From IMG/VR virus record IMGVR_UViG_3300025767_000006: a DNA stretch of 20,000 nt; one strand, written 5' to 3'. Below are positions 1 through 7,760 of the stretch, piece by piece; positions within the stretch are counted from its first letter, which is position 1, and every line of letters starts with the position of its first letter. The position numbers and the translations under genes are program-made. Source of the DNA: an uncultured virus (IMG/VR IMGVR_UViG_3300025767_000006) (lineage: Duplodnaviria > Heunggongvirae > Uroviricota > Caudoviricetes). Under the pieces are notes generated by a model, which saw only the letters and a list, made by a program, of their open reading frames with translations, made no database searches and was not told the origin of the DNA.

Positions 1-59
1 ATAAGTCAAATGCCGGTGGTAGAATTTCAGCTGAAAAATTTGATGGATGGAAACTATGA
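1..59 (+). CDS. 3' end of an upstream gene (partial), possibly a T4 gp41-like replicative helicase C-terminus
   Basis: Open frame from base 3 reads KSNAGGRISAEKFDGWKL* with TGA at 57-59 overlapping the next ATG (ATGA). The helicase identity rests only on recalled similarity of the tail. Confidence 0.3.
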   Translation, partial: KSNAGGRISAEKFDGWKL

Positions 60-238
60 AATTAGATGTAATTAGCTATGACTCAGACCAAGGCATTATT
101 TCATTAGAAATGGATGAAGCCGCTAAGCAATGGATTTTGGATAGAGGATTTAACGAGATACTTAAGGATAGTATAAAAAATTCCTTAAAACCAGAAGAAG
201 CCCAATATTACCAACCAGGCCAGGATCCACAGACATGA
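56..238 (+). CDS. small hypothetical phage protein
   Basis: ORF track 47..238; ATG at 56 preferred because of ATGA coupling to the upstream stop; its own stop overlaps the thyX start (ATGA). Confidence 0.65.
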   Translation: MKLDVISYDSDQGIISLEMDEAAKQWILDRGFNEILKDSIKNSLKPEEAQYYQPGQDPQT

Positions 239-906
239 AAGCACGATTAATCTCATATTCGCAAACCCCAGAAGGAGAACTATATGTCGGTAATGATATC
301 CAAGAACTCGTGGCGTATTGCGCCCGTGTATCCAACCCCTCGAACCAAATTTCTTCTGCGACGTCAGAAAGGTTACTTGCCTATCTCGCAAAGCACAAAC
401 ACTGGTCACCCTTCGAAATGGTATCTGCTTGCATAGAAGTTGAAACAACTCGAGACATTGCAAGACAACTATTAAGGCATAGATCATTTTCATTTCAAGA
501 GTTTTCTCAACGATATGCTGATGTTCGTGATTTAACTGATGAGTTTGAGATTAGAGAAGCTCGATTGCAAGATACAAAGAATCGTCAGAACTCTATTGAA
601 ACTGATAGTGAAGAACTTCAGAGGGAATGGGATCGGCATCAACGTAGAGTACTTTGGATGGTGCAAGAAGTTTATGCGTGGGCTTTAGATCATGGTATTG
701 CTAAAGAACAAGCTCGTGCTGTACTACCTGAAGGATTGACTAAGTCTAGGTTATATGTGAATGGTACCCTTCGATCTTGGATTCATTACATTGAGCTAAG
801 ATCTGCCAATGGTACTCAAAAAGAACATATGGAAATTGCAAGGGAATGTGCTTGTGCAATTGCTAAAATCTTCCCTCTAATTGATGAATATGTGGAGAAT
901 ATTTAA
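235..906 (+). CDS. thyX: FAD-dependent thymidylate synthase
   Basis: ThyX signature RHRSFSFQEFSQRY, plus HWSPFE, AKEQARAVLP and LRSANGTQKEH; 223 aa. Confidence 0.97.
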   Translation: MKARLISYSQTPEGELYVGNDIQELVAYCARVSNPSNQISSATSERLLAYLAKHKHWSPFEMVSACIEVETTRDIARQLLRHRSFSFQEFSQRYADVRDLTDEFEIREARLQDTKNRQNSIETDSEELQREWDRHQRRVLWMVQEVYAWALDHGIAKEQARAVLPEGLTKSRLYVNGTLRSWIHYIELRSANGTQKEHMEIARECACAIAKIFPLIDEYVENI

Positions 907-952
907 TATTTTTTTAAAATAATTCCTAAGTTATTGATTTTCCTCTCAAACT

Positions 953-987
953 AAATGCACTTTTTTTCAAATTAAGTGCATTTTTTT
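953..987. terminator. inverted repeat AAATGCACTT-N11-AAGTGCATTT followed by a T-run; possible terminator or operator
   Basis: Perfect 10-bp arms at 953-962 and 974-983, between the thyX stop and the next promoter's -35. Confidence 0.45.
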
Positions 988-1017
988 GTTTACAAAGGCT
1001 AAAAAGTATAGTATAAT
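988..1017 (+). promoter_or_regulatory. sigma70-type / T4 early-like promoter
   Basis: GTTTACA (-35 TTTACA 989-994), 17-bp spacer, TATAAT 1012-1017, ahead of a run of small ORFs. Confidence 0.8.
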
Positions 1018-1049
1018 ATACTTATAAAATGAAAAAAGGAACTAAACCA

Positions 1050-1319
1050 ATGATGAATGACTTTGTAGAATCTGTACTTTGTGATGATGTTACTTTACCA
1101 CCAGCTGGTAGTCGTATCACTTATACTTATATTTCAGGTGGGGATTATCCCAACTATGAAAAATCTCAAGTATCGTCATTTTTGTCTTCAGGTGATGAAG
1201 CAGATGTTATCCGCGCTGCAAATAGTCTTCGTATTCAGGCCGACTTTGATTGGCATTATTTTATCGAAGCTTTTAGAAAAGATGCAGATGGTTCATATGA
1301 AATTGTTTTAGGTTCTTAG
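1050..1319 (+). CDS. hypothetical protein (early-type)
   Basis: ORF track 1029..1319; AAAGGA RBS at 1035-1040 favours ATG 1050. Confidence 0.7.
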   Translation: MMNDFVESVLCDDVTLPPAGSRITYTYISGGDYPNYEKSQVSSFLSSGDEADVIRAANSLRIQADFDWHYFIEAFRKDADGSYEIVLGS

Positions 1320-1330
1320 GAGAGATAGTT

Positions 1331-1543
1331 ATGTTAGCTTATTGTGATTATATTGCAGATGCAGTACAAAAAGGTTTGATTAGAGATCAATACATGAATC
1401 CCGATCGTATCAAGTTGAGCGATGTTTCAAAAGTTCAAATGGATTTACATCCTGACAAAGGTTATTTCGTATCTACTAAAAAAACAATTAGTGTTGAAGA
1501 TATGAATGGTAAGAAATATAAAATTACAGTGGAGGAAGTGTAA
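1331..1543 (+). CDS. hypothetical protein
   Basis: 70 aa, AGGAG RBS, TAATG coupling to the next gene. Confidence 0.75.
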   Translation: MLAYCDYIADAVQKGLIRDQYMNPDRIKLSDVSKVQMDLHPDKGYFVSTKKTISVEDMNGKKYKITVEEV

Positions 1544-1734
1544 TGTCAAAAATGATGGGTGGATTAATTGCTTTCTTTGGGTTTATTCTTATTCTTGGAT
1601 CAGCGGGATCAGATTGTGATGGCGCGTGTATGGAAAATGCAATGTCATTAACTCAAATTATTGCCTTTACATTGGCTGGTTTTTGTTGTATAATAATAGG
1701 TATAATATTGATGAAAGGAAACGATTATGAGTAA
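1543..1734 (+). CDS. small membrane protein with two TM helices
   Basis: Two hydrophobic segments flanking GSDCDGAC; GGAGG RBS. Confidence 0.7.
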   Translation: MSKMMGGLIAFFGFILILGSAGSDCDGACMENAMSLTQIIAFTLAGFCCIIIGIILMKGNDYE

Positions 1735-1939
1735 GATGGGACAAGCAGTTTTTGAGGGGCAAGAATTTGCTCAAGAAAATTATAATACACCTCGTGACCA
1801 GTTCATGACTATGGTTCGTGCAGAATTTGCTAGTAAACCAATACAGCGTGAATCTGCAATTGAGGAATTTGAAACAATTGGTAATGATTTAGCAGATTAT
1901 GCTGCTTATATTGCGGAGGGTATGTACAATGGCGATTGA
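1727..1939 (+). CDS. hypothetical protein
   Basis: 70 aa, AAAGGA RBS, overlaps both neighbours. Confidence 0.7.
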   Translation: MSKMGQAVFEGQEFAQENYNTPRDQFMTMVRAEFASKPIQRESAIEEFETIGNDLADYAAYIAEGMYNGD

Positions 1940-2246
1940 ACCACAACGTTATCCAACTGACTCATATGTTGGCACTTTTTCACCTGATAATGAAAAAGAC
2001 ATGCAAGAATTGCAAATGGTTAGAGGTATGGTTTCGCGATTTAACGAATGGAATAAACAGCGTGGAGATGACTATCGCTGGAGAGTTGTTATTCGTGGTC
2101 GTAAGCCATACCAAAAAATGAAAGCTGTTCACCCACATTATGCATTCTGTAATTCAAAAGGCGAGGTTTCTTACGATTACTTTGGAAATATTGTCGGTGG
2201 AATCAAAAATGCTTCACTTTATAAAGCATACATTTATAGGAGATAA
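1929..2246 (+). CDS. hypothetical protein
   Basis: ORF track 1899..2246; GGAGG at 1915-1919 favours ATG 1929 (MAIEPQRY). Confidence 0.7.
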   Translation: MAIEPQRYPTDSYVGTFSPDNEKDMQELQMVRGMVSRFNEWNKQRGDDYRWRVVIRGRKPYQKMKAVHPHYAFCNSKGEVSYDYFGNIVGGIKNASLYKAYIYRR

Positions 2247-2247
2247 A

Positions 2248-2613
2248 ATGATAGACTACAAATATAATGAAGGTGAATTGATTCGCCAATTTAAATCATA
2301 TATTGATTCTACGTATAAAGGTCATTATTCAACTGACAAATTTCAAGCAACTGAATTTATTATTGATGGTGGTCATGGTACTGGATTTTGTATTGGTAAC
2401 GTTATGAAATATGCTCAACGTTATGGTAAGAAAGGATCACCAGATGATGCAAGGAAAGACCTTATGAAGGTCCTTCACTATGCACTCATCCAGTTATATA
2501 TCCATGACCTTAGTTCGCAAGTGGATTGTCCAGTGACCGCTGCAACTTCTTTGTCAACTGATCTTCAAGGTCCTTCAGATCTCGAGCTACCTTTGTCTCA
2601 AGGTCTTTTATAG
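2248..2613 (+). CDS. conserved phage protein, DUF3310-like
   Basis: AGGAG RBS then ATG 2248 (MIDYKYNEGE); HYS...GFCIGNVMKYAQRYGKKG...DLMKVLHYA pattern typical of this phage family. Confidence 0.75.
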   Translation: MIDYKYNEGELIRQFKSYIDSTYKGHYSTDKFQATEFIIDGGHGTGFCIGNVMKYAQRYGKKGSPDDARKDLMKVLHYALIQLYIHDLSSQVDCPVTAATSLSTDLQGPSDLELPLSQGLL

Positions 2614-3055
2614 TATTATCATTTCGCTCTGCAAGACGACTGGCCTTTTGGTCATAATCGTTTTGTAGAGCGTCTCTTTTTGCCTCAAATCGTTCTTCTG
2701 CATTTACTATAAGTTCACGAGTTTCTTGTTCAGAAGATCTAATTTTGTCTTCCATACGATCTACTTGCTTTTCAACCGAAAGAATATCATCTCTTAAACC
2801 AGATTTAATGTCTCGTGTATATTCTATAGCTTCTTCAATACGAATCATTTGTTCATCCATCTTTTGAATAACTAAAGTATTTTCAGCTTTAATTGCATCC
2901 ACATCGATGTTTTCAACAATTTCTTTCATATTCCTATAGTCATTATAGAATTCGAATCCACCCCAAGCAGCACCGCCTAGAGTTGATAGAGCAGTAAGAA
3001 CCATAAACATTTTTCCACCACGAAAGGTGGTTCCAGCAAATTCGAATTCTGCCAT
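2510..3055 (-). CDS. membrane-anchored coiled-coil protein
   Basis: N-terminal hydrophobic helix (MFMVLTALSTLGGAAWGG) followed by a long charged heptad-like region. Confidence 0.8.
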   Translation of the reverse strand: MAEFEFAGTTFRGGKMFMVLTALSTLGGAAWGGFEFYNDYRNMKEIVENIDVDAIKAENTLVIQKMDEQMIRIEEAIEYTRDIKSGLRDDILSVEKQVDRMEDKIRSSEQETRELIVNAEERFEAKRDALQNDYDQKASRLAERNDNTIKDLETKVARDLKDLEDQLTKKLQRSLDNPLAN

Positions 3056-3056
3056 G

Positions 3057-3644
3057 TTATTCTCCTATTTGCACGTTTCTTTTTCTATGACCATTCCATG
3101 CAACAAAACCACCAATACGTAAAGCCCAATAGGCTAAGTAGTTAAGTAAATGGAATCCATTTTGTTCAATATTAATGTCTCTAAAGATCATATCAGCTTG
3201 TCTTTGATTCATAAGATGCGTTGTAGTACCATCAACTTTAAGTAGTCTTTGATATTTGTATGCGTAGTCATGAATAAGACCACCCATTAACAATACCCCA
3301 GTTGGTGATAACCAAGTAGCTAAAAATTTAGGTACTGATGCGCCATCAAAAGTAAATCCTGCTGGAATTACAAATTCTTCATTTTGCAATTTATATTTAA
3401 AATCTTCAGCAATTTCCCATTGACGCACACCCACAAACCACATCCATATAGCTCCCCAGAAACCTTTGCCCGCAGTTTCTATTTTAATAGGTCGCATGTT
3501 AGGCATTTCTTCGTATGAAAAGCTAACCAATTCTTTATCATTATCAACACCAAATAGATTAGCAATAAACCCGATAAGTACGAGTATACCAACAATTGTA
3601 AATTGCCAGAAATTAACTAATTGATCTATTATTGTTGTAAGCAT
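3057..3644 (-). CDS. DUF1353-like protein with N-terminal TM helix
   Basis: Motif IPAGFTFDGASVP...LIHDYAY...ADMIF. Confidence 0.8.
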   Translation of the reverse strand: MLTTIIDQLVNFWQFTIVGILVLIGFIANLFGVDNDKELVSFSYEEMPNMRPIKIETAGKGFWGAIWMWFVGVRQWEIAEDFKYKLQNEEFVIPAGFTFDGASVPKFLATWLSPTGVLLMGGLIHDYAYKYQRLLKVDGTTTHLMNQRQADMIFRDINIEQNGFHLLNYLAYWALRIGGFVAWNGHRKRNVQIGE

Positions 3645-3654
3645 TTGAATTCTC

Positions 3655-3867
3655 CTAACCTAATTTGTCTTCTTTAAATACTGGTTTCCATTCCCATTTT
3701 GGAACTTTTGACCAGTATTCTTTTGGAGTTGTAAAAGATTGTTCCCATTGCATTGAAATAACTCTAGATTTAAAATAAAAGTAAGTTGTTACTGATAATC
3801 CTAAAGCCATTAAAATTCCGCAAATAAGGAAATATATTTTTTCTTTTTTAGAATATAAATCATACAT
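3655..3867 (-). CDS. small single-TM membrane protein
   Basis: 70 aa, one hydrophobic stretch, GGAGAG RBS. Confidence 0.7.
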   Translation of the reverse strand: MYDLYSKKEKIYFLICGILMALGLSVTTYFYFKSRVISMQWEQSFTTPKEYWSKVPKWEWKPVFKEDKLG

Positions 3868-3879
3868 ATGAATCTCTCC

Positions 3880-4314
3880 TTAATCGTCTAAGGTAACTAC
3901 ACCTTCGGCAATCAATCTTTCACGATTAACCATGTGTGCAGCCTGAGTTTCTTCTTTACTTCCACCAAAGTAAGGAACGCAATGTCCTTCTTCTATCATA
4001 ATTTCGGTAATCATTCGACCATCTTCAGCAACAAAGTCACCAAGGACACGGCCAAACTTACCTTTCATATCTTCACCATTTTTAGCAATTTGTGTTCTTA
4101 AAACTGCAACATCACCAAGAAGTTCTTGCAATCTTTTCTTAGCTGCAAGACCGAATGCTTTTTCTGTTAAATCACGAGTGCGACTTTCAGGAGTATCAAT
4201 ACCCATAATTCTTACACGTTCATCAGATAGCACAACACCAAATCCCAATTCAATATCAACATCAACGGTATCACCGTCTACTACTTTGTTGACTTTAACT
4301 CTATATTCGTACAT
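3880..4314 (-). CDS. thermonuclease (SNase-like) family protein
   Basis: KVVDGDTVDV, RVRIMGIDTPES and GKFGRVLG motifs. Confidence 0.9.
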   Translation of the reverse strand: MYEYRVKVNKVVDGDTVDVDIELGFGVVLSDERVRIMGIDTPESRTRDLTEKAFGLAAKKRLQELLGDVAVLRTQIAKNGEDMKGKFGRVLGDFVAEDGRMITEIMIEEGHCVPYFGGSKEETQAAHMVNRERLIAEGVVTLDD

Positions 4315-4403
4315 TATTTTCTCCTAGAGCGCTTTAATGCTCGTTTGATTCTTTTCTGTTTTAGAACGGCTATAGCCCATCTTAAAACTTCAATAAAGTA
4401 CAT
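4314..4403 (-). CDS. 29-aa highly basic small ORF (not in the ORF track)
   Basis: Hand translation MYFIEVLRWAIAVLKQKRIKRALKRSRRK*; starts 2 nt after the upstream stop and ends in a TAATG overlap with the nuclease start. Confidence 0.5.
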   Translation of the reverse strand: MYFIEVLRWAIAVLKQKRIKRALKRSRRK

Positions 4404-4404
4404 T

Positions 4405-4821
4405 TTAATTTTCAAAGCCGCTTTGAGCGTTTAATTTCTTTAAAGCTTCTAATTCTTCTTGGAGCTTTAAAACTTCTATTCGTTTTTTTCGTAATTCTAA
4501 TTCATATAAAGAATTACAATTGATTCGTTCTTTAGGTCCATCTAAAGGGATTGTAATTCTAGCATATACGCCAATATCTTTAGTAGATGCACCATTGTCA
4601 TTAGAGAAAGGACTATTGTAATTGTCAATAATTCCTGTTACTCCAAACTCAAAATTGGTTGATCCACCAATAGCATTTTTACAATCAATTTCTCCTGATC
4701 GAATACTATCTTGGCCATATTGAGTTCCAGGTGATGGCATTTGCAAATTGAGTGAACTATTTTCTGCCATGGCTTCTATACTAAATAAAAGACTGGTTAT
4801 TATTATCGCTAAATACTTCAT
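4405..4821 (-). CDS. secreted protein with a Cys pair and C-terminal coiled coil
   Basis: ORF track 4405..4830; ATG 4821 gives signal peptide MKYLAIIITSLLFSIEAMA; two Cys; tail LYELELRKKRIEVLKLQEEL. Confidence 0.75.
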   Translation of the reverse strand: MKYLAIIITSLLFSIEAMAENSSLNLQMPSPGTQYGQDSIRSGEIDCKNAIGGSTNFEFGVTGIIDNYNSPFSNDNGASTKDIGVYARITIPLDGPKERINCNSLYELELRKKRIEVLKLQEELEALKKLNAQSGFEN

Positions 4822-4830
4822 AAAATTCAC

Positions 4831-5232
4831 CTATTTGTTTTGTCTTTGATGCTGAAACTTTGAACATATTCTAGAAGATATAGCAGTTCTTATATCACTA
4901 GCTTTTCTTAATTTACTTTTAGAACAAATGTATGTTGCAGCTTCGTAATCAGCTTTTCGAATATACACATCAAAAGTAACATGACTTAGATATCTTATTT
5001 TTAATATCTTATAAGTTGACACAAATGGTATTTCTTTAAAGTCTTTATCGAATACGCCGATTTCATAAAATTCAACATCTTCCCGCTTATTAAACATCTT
5101 CATAGTGGTTTTATACACACCATCTATAGCTACGGTACTTAGCTTTGGATATGTTGGAATCATTTCATGCGCACTAGCAGTACCAGCATATAATGCTAAT
5201 ACTGCTAGTGGTAATATAATATTTTTTAACAT
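4831..5232 (-). CDS. secreted beta-rich protein, possibly pilus-chaperone-like
   Basis: ATG 5232 gives a signal peptide ending ASA|HEMIPTYP; alternating beta-strand pattern; C-terminal Cys pair. Fold is inference. Confidence 0.6.
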   Translation of the reverse strand: MLKNIILPLAVLALYAGTASAHEMIPTYPKLSTVAIDGVYKTTMKMFNKREDVEFYEIGVFDKDFKEIPFVSTYKILKIRYLSHVTFDVYIRKADYEAATYICSKSKLRKASDIRTAISSRICSKFQHQRQNK

Positions 5233-5248
5233 AACAAACACTATCCTA

Positions 5249-5779
5249 TTACTGAGCAATACATTCAGCAGTTACTAGTGCTGTGTAGTTTCCACCTGGA
5301 AATGATTTACTACCACCCATCGTTGCGACAGATGCTGTTTTAAACCATGTACTTCCAGTTGCGGTGAGATCATATTTGTCAGTCATACCAGTTTGAATTT
5401 TATTTGATTCATATGAACCCATGCCTGTTGCATCAGATACTGCCTCAACTGTTGTATTACCAGTAAACGTTACTTGATCTGGTAATGCTGGACTAGATGA
5501 AAATTCAGTTGGTGGAGTAATTACTGCATAATAAGCATCAGCTAGAGTTACATCAAAACGAATAATAGGTGGTAATCCACCATCAGCTGGTGCAGTTGTT
5601 AGTGTATACGCATTAGGGTTTCCAAACACACCAGCAGTGTCAGTTTGAATAATGCATCTAGATGTTACAATACCATTAATTGGCACTTGTTCTGCCTTAG
5701 CATAAGTTAAGCCAGACCCTAATATGCCCATGCCTACACTTAATGCTATAACTTTTTGTTTAGTGAACACATATCTCAT
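5249..5779 (-). CDS. secreted protein, fimbrial/pilin-subunit-like
   Basis: Signal peptide ending AKA|E; N-terminal VPINGIVTSRC; T/S/G/A-rich body; C-terminal GGNYTALVTAEC resembling the pilin terminal strand (GxYxA/G). Fold is inference. Confidence 0.6.
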   Translation of the reverse strand: MRYVFTKQKVIALSVGMGILGSGLTYAKAEQVPINGIVTSRCIIQTDTAGVFGNPNAYTLTTAPADGGLPPIIRFDVTLADAYYAVITPPTEFSSSPALPDQVTFTGNTTVEAVSDATGMGSYESNKIQTGMTDKYDLTATGSTWFKTASVATMGGSKSFPGGNYTALVTAECIAQ

Positions 5780-5813
5780 GTGTTTTCTCCTATAAGTTTA
5801 GAGTGACATAATA

Positions 5814-6719
5814 TTACTTGTATTGCATATCCACTAATTCATTATGCAATATTTGTTGAGCTAAGTTATTTCTTAAACCTGTTCCGTTATCAGGCAATTT
5901 AGAATCAACTAATTCAATAGTTTCTTTATATGCGCCGCCTGATATTGTTTTATTGTATCCTTGAGCAATTACAGCTAAATTAGCAATTTCATTCATTTGT
6001 TGAATTAATTGATTTTCTGCGAATAAGGCTGAAGCATCAGTAGCAGATAAAGCTTTTTCTAATCTGTACTTTCTAACTTTTTCTTCAGCTTCTTCCTTTT
6101 CTTTTTCTTTTTCTTTTTCTAGCTGCTCGTCATTTTCTTGTATAAGAACTAATTCTTCATTACTTAAATCTACGTTTTCATCTTTAGTTGCGTCATATAA
6201 TGTAGTTAGATCTACTGTAGGTATTTCAATGTCCAGTTTAGGTTCAACATATCCTGGACAATTGGGATCAAACTGTGGATCAAAACAAGGATTAACTCTG
6301 TAATTATAACTTACATTTGCATCAGTAACTGAACCATCACCCTCAACAGCAATAGATCCATCTCCCCATGCGGCTCTTGGAATTCCAGGATTCACTTGAA
6401 CGACTTTATTGATTATAGTTCCTCCCAATGATCCTGGTCTCCATTCGTCAGTCTCTCTAAAAATATATCCAGACCCACTAGCGTTTTCATTTTGAATATG
6501 CACAGTGGCAGCATCTTCAGTTTTCTTTTGAATCGTATAATTGTAAATAACTGCATTAATATCCAACCCTGCGACGTCAGGCAGAATATTCTTCATTACC
6601 CATTGATGCCCATTACTAGCGGCATTACCAGTTCGACCTGGATACGGGGCAATACTTTCAGAGTAGCAGTAAGAAGGCCAAAAGACCCATACCACCAACA
6701 GTAGCAGCTTCTTTAACAT
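5814..6719 (-). CDS. secreted protein with a Cys-Pro hinge and a charged EK-rich segment
   Basis: Signal peptide; PCFDPQFDPNCPGY; EKEKEKEKEE run; 301 aa. Confidence 0.8.
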   Translation of the reverse strand: MLKKLLLLVVWVFWPSYCYSESIAPYPGRTGNAASNGHQWVMKNILPDVAGLDINAVIYNYTIQKKTEDAATVHIQNENASGSGYIFRETDEWRPGSLGGTIINKVVQVNPGIPRAAWGDGSIAVEGDGSVTDANVSYNYRVNPCFDPQFDPNCPGYVEPKLDIEIPTVDLTTLYDATKDENVDLSNEELVLIQENDEQLEKEKEKEKEEAEEKVRKYRLEKALSATDASALFAENQLIQQMNEIANLAVIAQGYNKTISGGAYKETIELVDSKLPDNGTGLRNNLAQQILHNELVDMQYK

Positions 6720-7212
6720 TGATATTATCCGAATCTTCTAATTCTTTTCTCGTAGTCTCAACGTGGGTTTCCCAACCAAGACGCGCGGCATCACCAATTG
6801 TTCCATTATATGGACAGGGTGTACCAGCATGATTCATAGCATCAAAGATCTTTGAATCTTGACACATGACAGACACTGCTGCGACCTTCATACCCATATC
6901 GTATAAAGTCTTAGCATTTTTTAATCTGATACAATTTTTTTCGGTGTAAGTGGTACCTGCAGAGATACCAAGAATTTGCGTTTGGACAGCACCCGCTACG
7001 CCAATAGTACATAGATCACTATTGCTACCACTACTAAATTGTGGTGAGATTGCGGACGGAGGTGGTTGTTTTACCGTTGTGGTCATTTGACCGTTCGTTG
7101 TCACTGTGCTATTACTTGTCGAGTCAGTAACAATGACGTCTTGTTCTTGTGCCATTGCCGGTAATGATATATACATAATAAAGCTAGCACAGATTGCTAG
7201 CTTCTTAAACAT
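6658..7212 (-). CDS. secreted Cys-containing protein with a hydrophobic C-terminal tail
   Basis: Signal peptide ending AMA|Q; PPPSAISP; four Cys in the mature part; tail VGGMGLLAFLLLL. Confidence 0.8.
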   Translation of the reverse strand: MFKKLAICASFIMYISLPAMAQEQDVIVTDSTSNSTVTTNGQMTTTVKQPPPSAISPQFSSGSNSDLCTIGVAGAVQTQILGISAGTTYTEKNCIRLKNAKTLYDMGMKVAAVSVMCQDSKIFDAMNHAGTPCPYNGTIGDAARLGWETHVETTRKELEDSDNINVKEAATVGGMGLLAFLLLL

Positions 7213-7257
7213 TCTAAATCCTCATAAAATAGATAATAAAAGTTTGTATTTCAATCT

Positions 7258-7265
7258 TATTTATA
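7258..7265 (-). promoter_or_regulatory. T4-type late promoter (TATAAATA)
   Basis: TATTTATA on the + strand, 46 bp upstream of the first gene of the minus-strand operon. Confidence 0.75.
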
Positions 7266-7274
7266 AAAAAAACT

Positions 7275-7304
7275 GTTTACAAATACATTTTTATGTGGTA
7301 TAAT
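7275..7304 (+). promoter_or_regulatory. sigma70-type / T4 early-like promoter with extended -10
   Basis: GTTTACA (TTTACA 7276-7281), 17-bp spacer, TGgTATAAT (-10 at 7299-7304); same design as the 988-1017 promoter. Confidence 0.8.
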
Positions 7305-7376
7305 AATAGAGTTAATCCGGAAAGAGGGGGATACCCTTAATATTCCGACAATATACTAACTGAAATGGAGAGAAAT

Positions 7377-7505
7377 ATGCTCAAAAAACTTGTTAAGTTA
7401 TTATCTAAAATGTTTAATAGTAAAGAAAAAACGCCAGGATATTTAGGTAGAGACATGTCAAAACATAGAGTACACTCCACGAAGTATGAAGATCTTTGTA
7501 AGTAA
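7377..7505 (+). CDS. 42-aa small hypothetical protein (not in the ORF track)
   Basis: GGAGAG RBS; MLKKLVKLLSKMFNSKEKTPGYLGRDMSKHRVHSTKYEDLCK*. Confidence 0.65.
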   Translation: MLKKLVKLLSKMFNSKEKTPGYLGRDMSKHRVHSTKYEDLCK

Positions 7506-7509
7506 GTAG

Positions 7510-7517
7510 TATAAATA
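7510..7517 (+). promoter_or_regulatory. T4-type late promoter (TATAAATA) upstream of the tmRNA
   Basis: Exact octamer a few nt before the tmRNA acceptor piece. Confidence 0.75.
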
Positions 7518-7521
7518 AAAA

Positions 7522-7760
7522 TGATTCAGTGAAACTGGATGGATGTAGGCTGGACGTGGGGGCAGTACCCACCGCCTCCACCATAAACACATTTACTGAG
7601 TGTGCTTATGATGGGGGCGAAATAGGATCGACAGATACGTGAAGGCAGCGGAGAATCACAAAAGTAAATGCAAACGATAACTTTGCTCCTCAAGATTACG
7701 CTCTAGCAGCATAGTCGGATAGGGTTTCGGTAGGTTTCCTAGTAACAGAATAACCTACCA
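7522..7760 (+). ncRNA. ssrA: circularly permuted two-piece tmRNA, alphaproteobacterial type
   Basis: T-arm GTGGG-GGCAGTA-CCCAC (7556-7572), CGCCTCC-A-CCA (7573-7583), intervening hairpin 7584-7612, then GGGGGCG (7613-7619) completing an acceptor stem with a G3.U70 pair; tag 7670-7714 reads ANDNFAPQDYALAA*. Outer ends approximate. Confidence 0.95.

Noticed and set aside
185..493. 102-aa minus-strand ORF
   Set aside because: Antisense shadow of thyX with no recognisable motif.
1081..2121. Alternate-frame ORFs 1081..1311 and 1936..2121
   Set aside because: Nested in better-supported ORFs that have RBSs and coupling.
6075..6120. TTTTTC-type short tandem repeat
   Set aside because: Simply encodes the EKEKEKEK low-complexity segment; not a CRISPR or mobile-element repeat.
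6492..7303. Plus-strand ORFs 6492..6704 and 7106..7303
   Set aside because: Antisense to the secreted-protein operon, and the second runs across the promoter region.
7556..7620. Stand-alone tRNA-Ala
   Set aside because: No anticodon arm, the halves are in permuted order, and a tag frame follows; it is a tmRNA.
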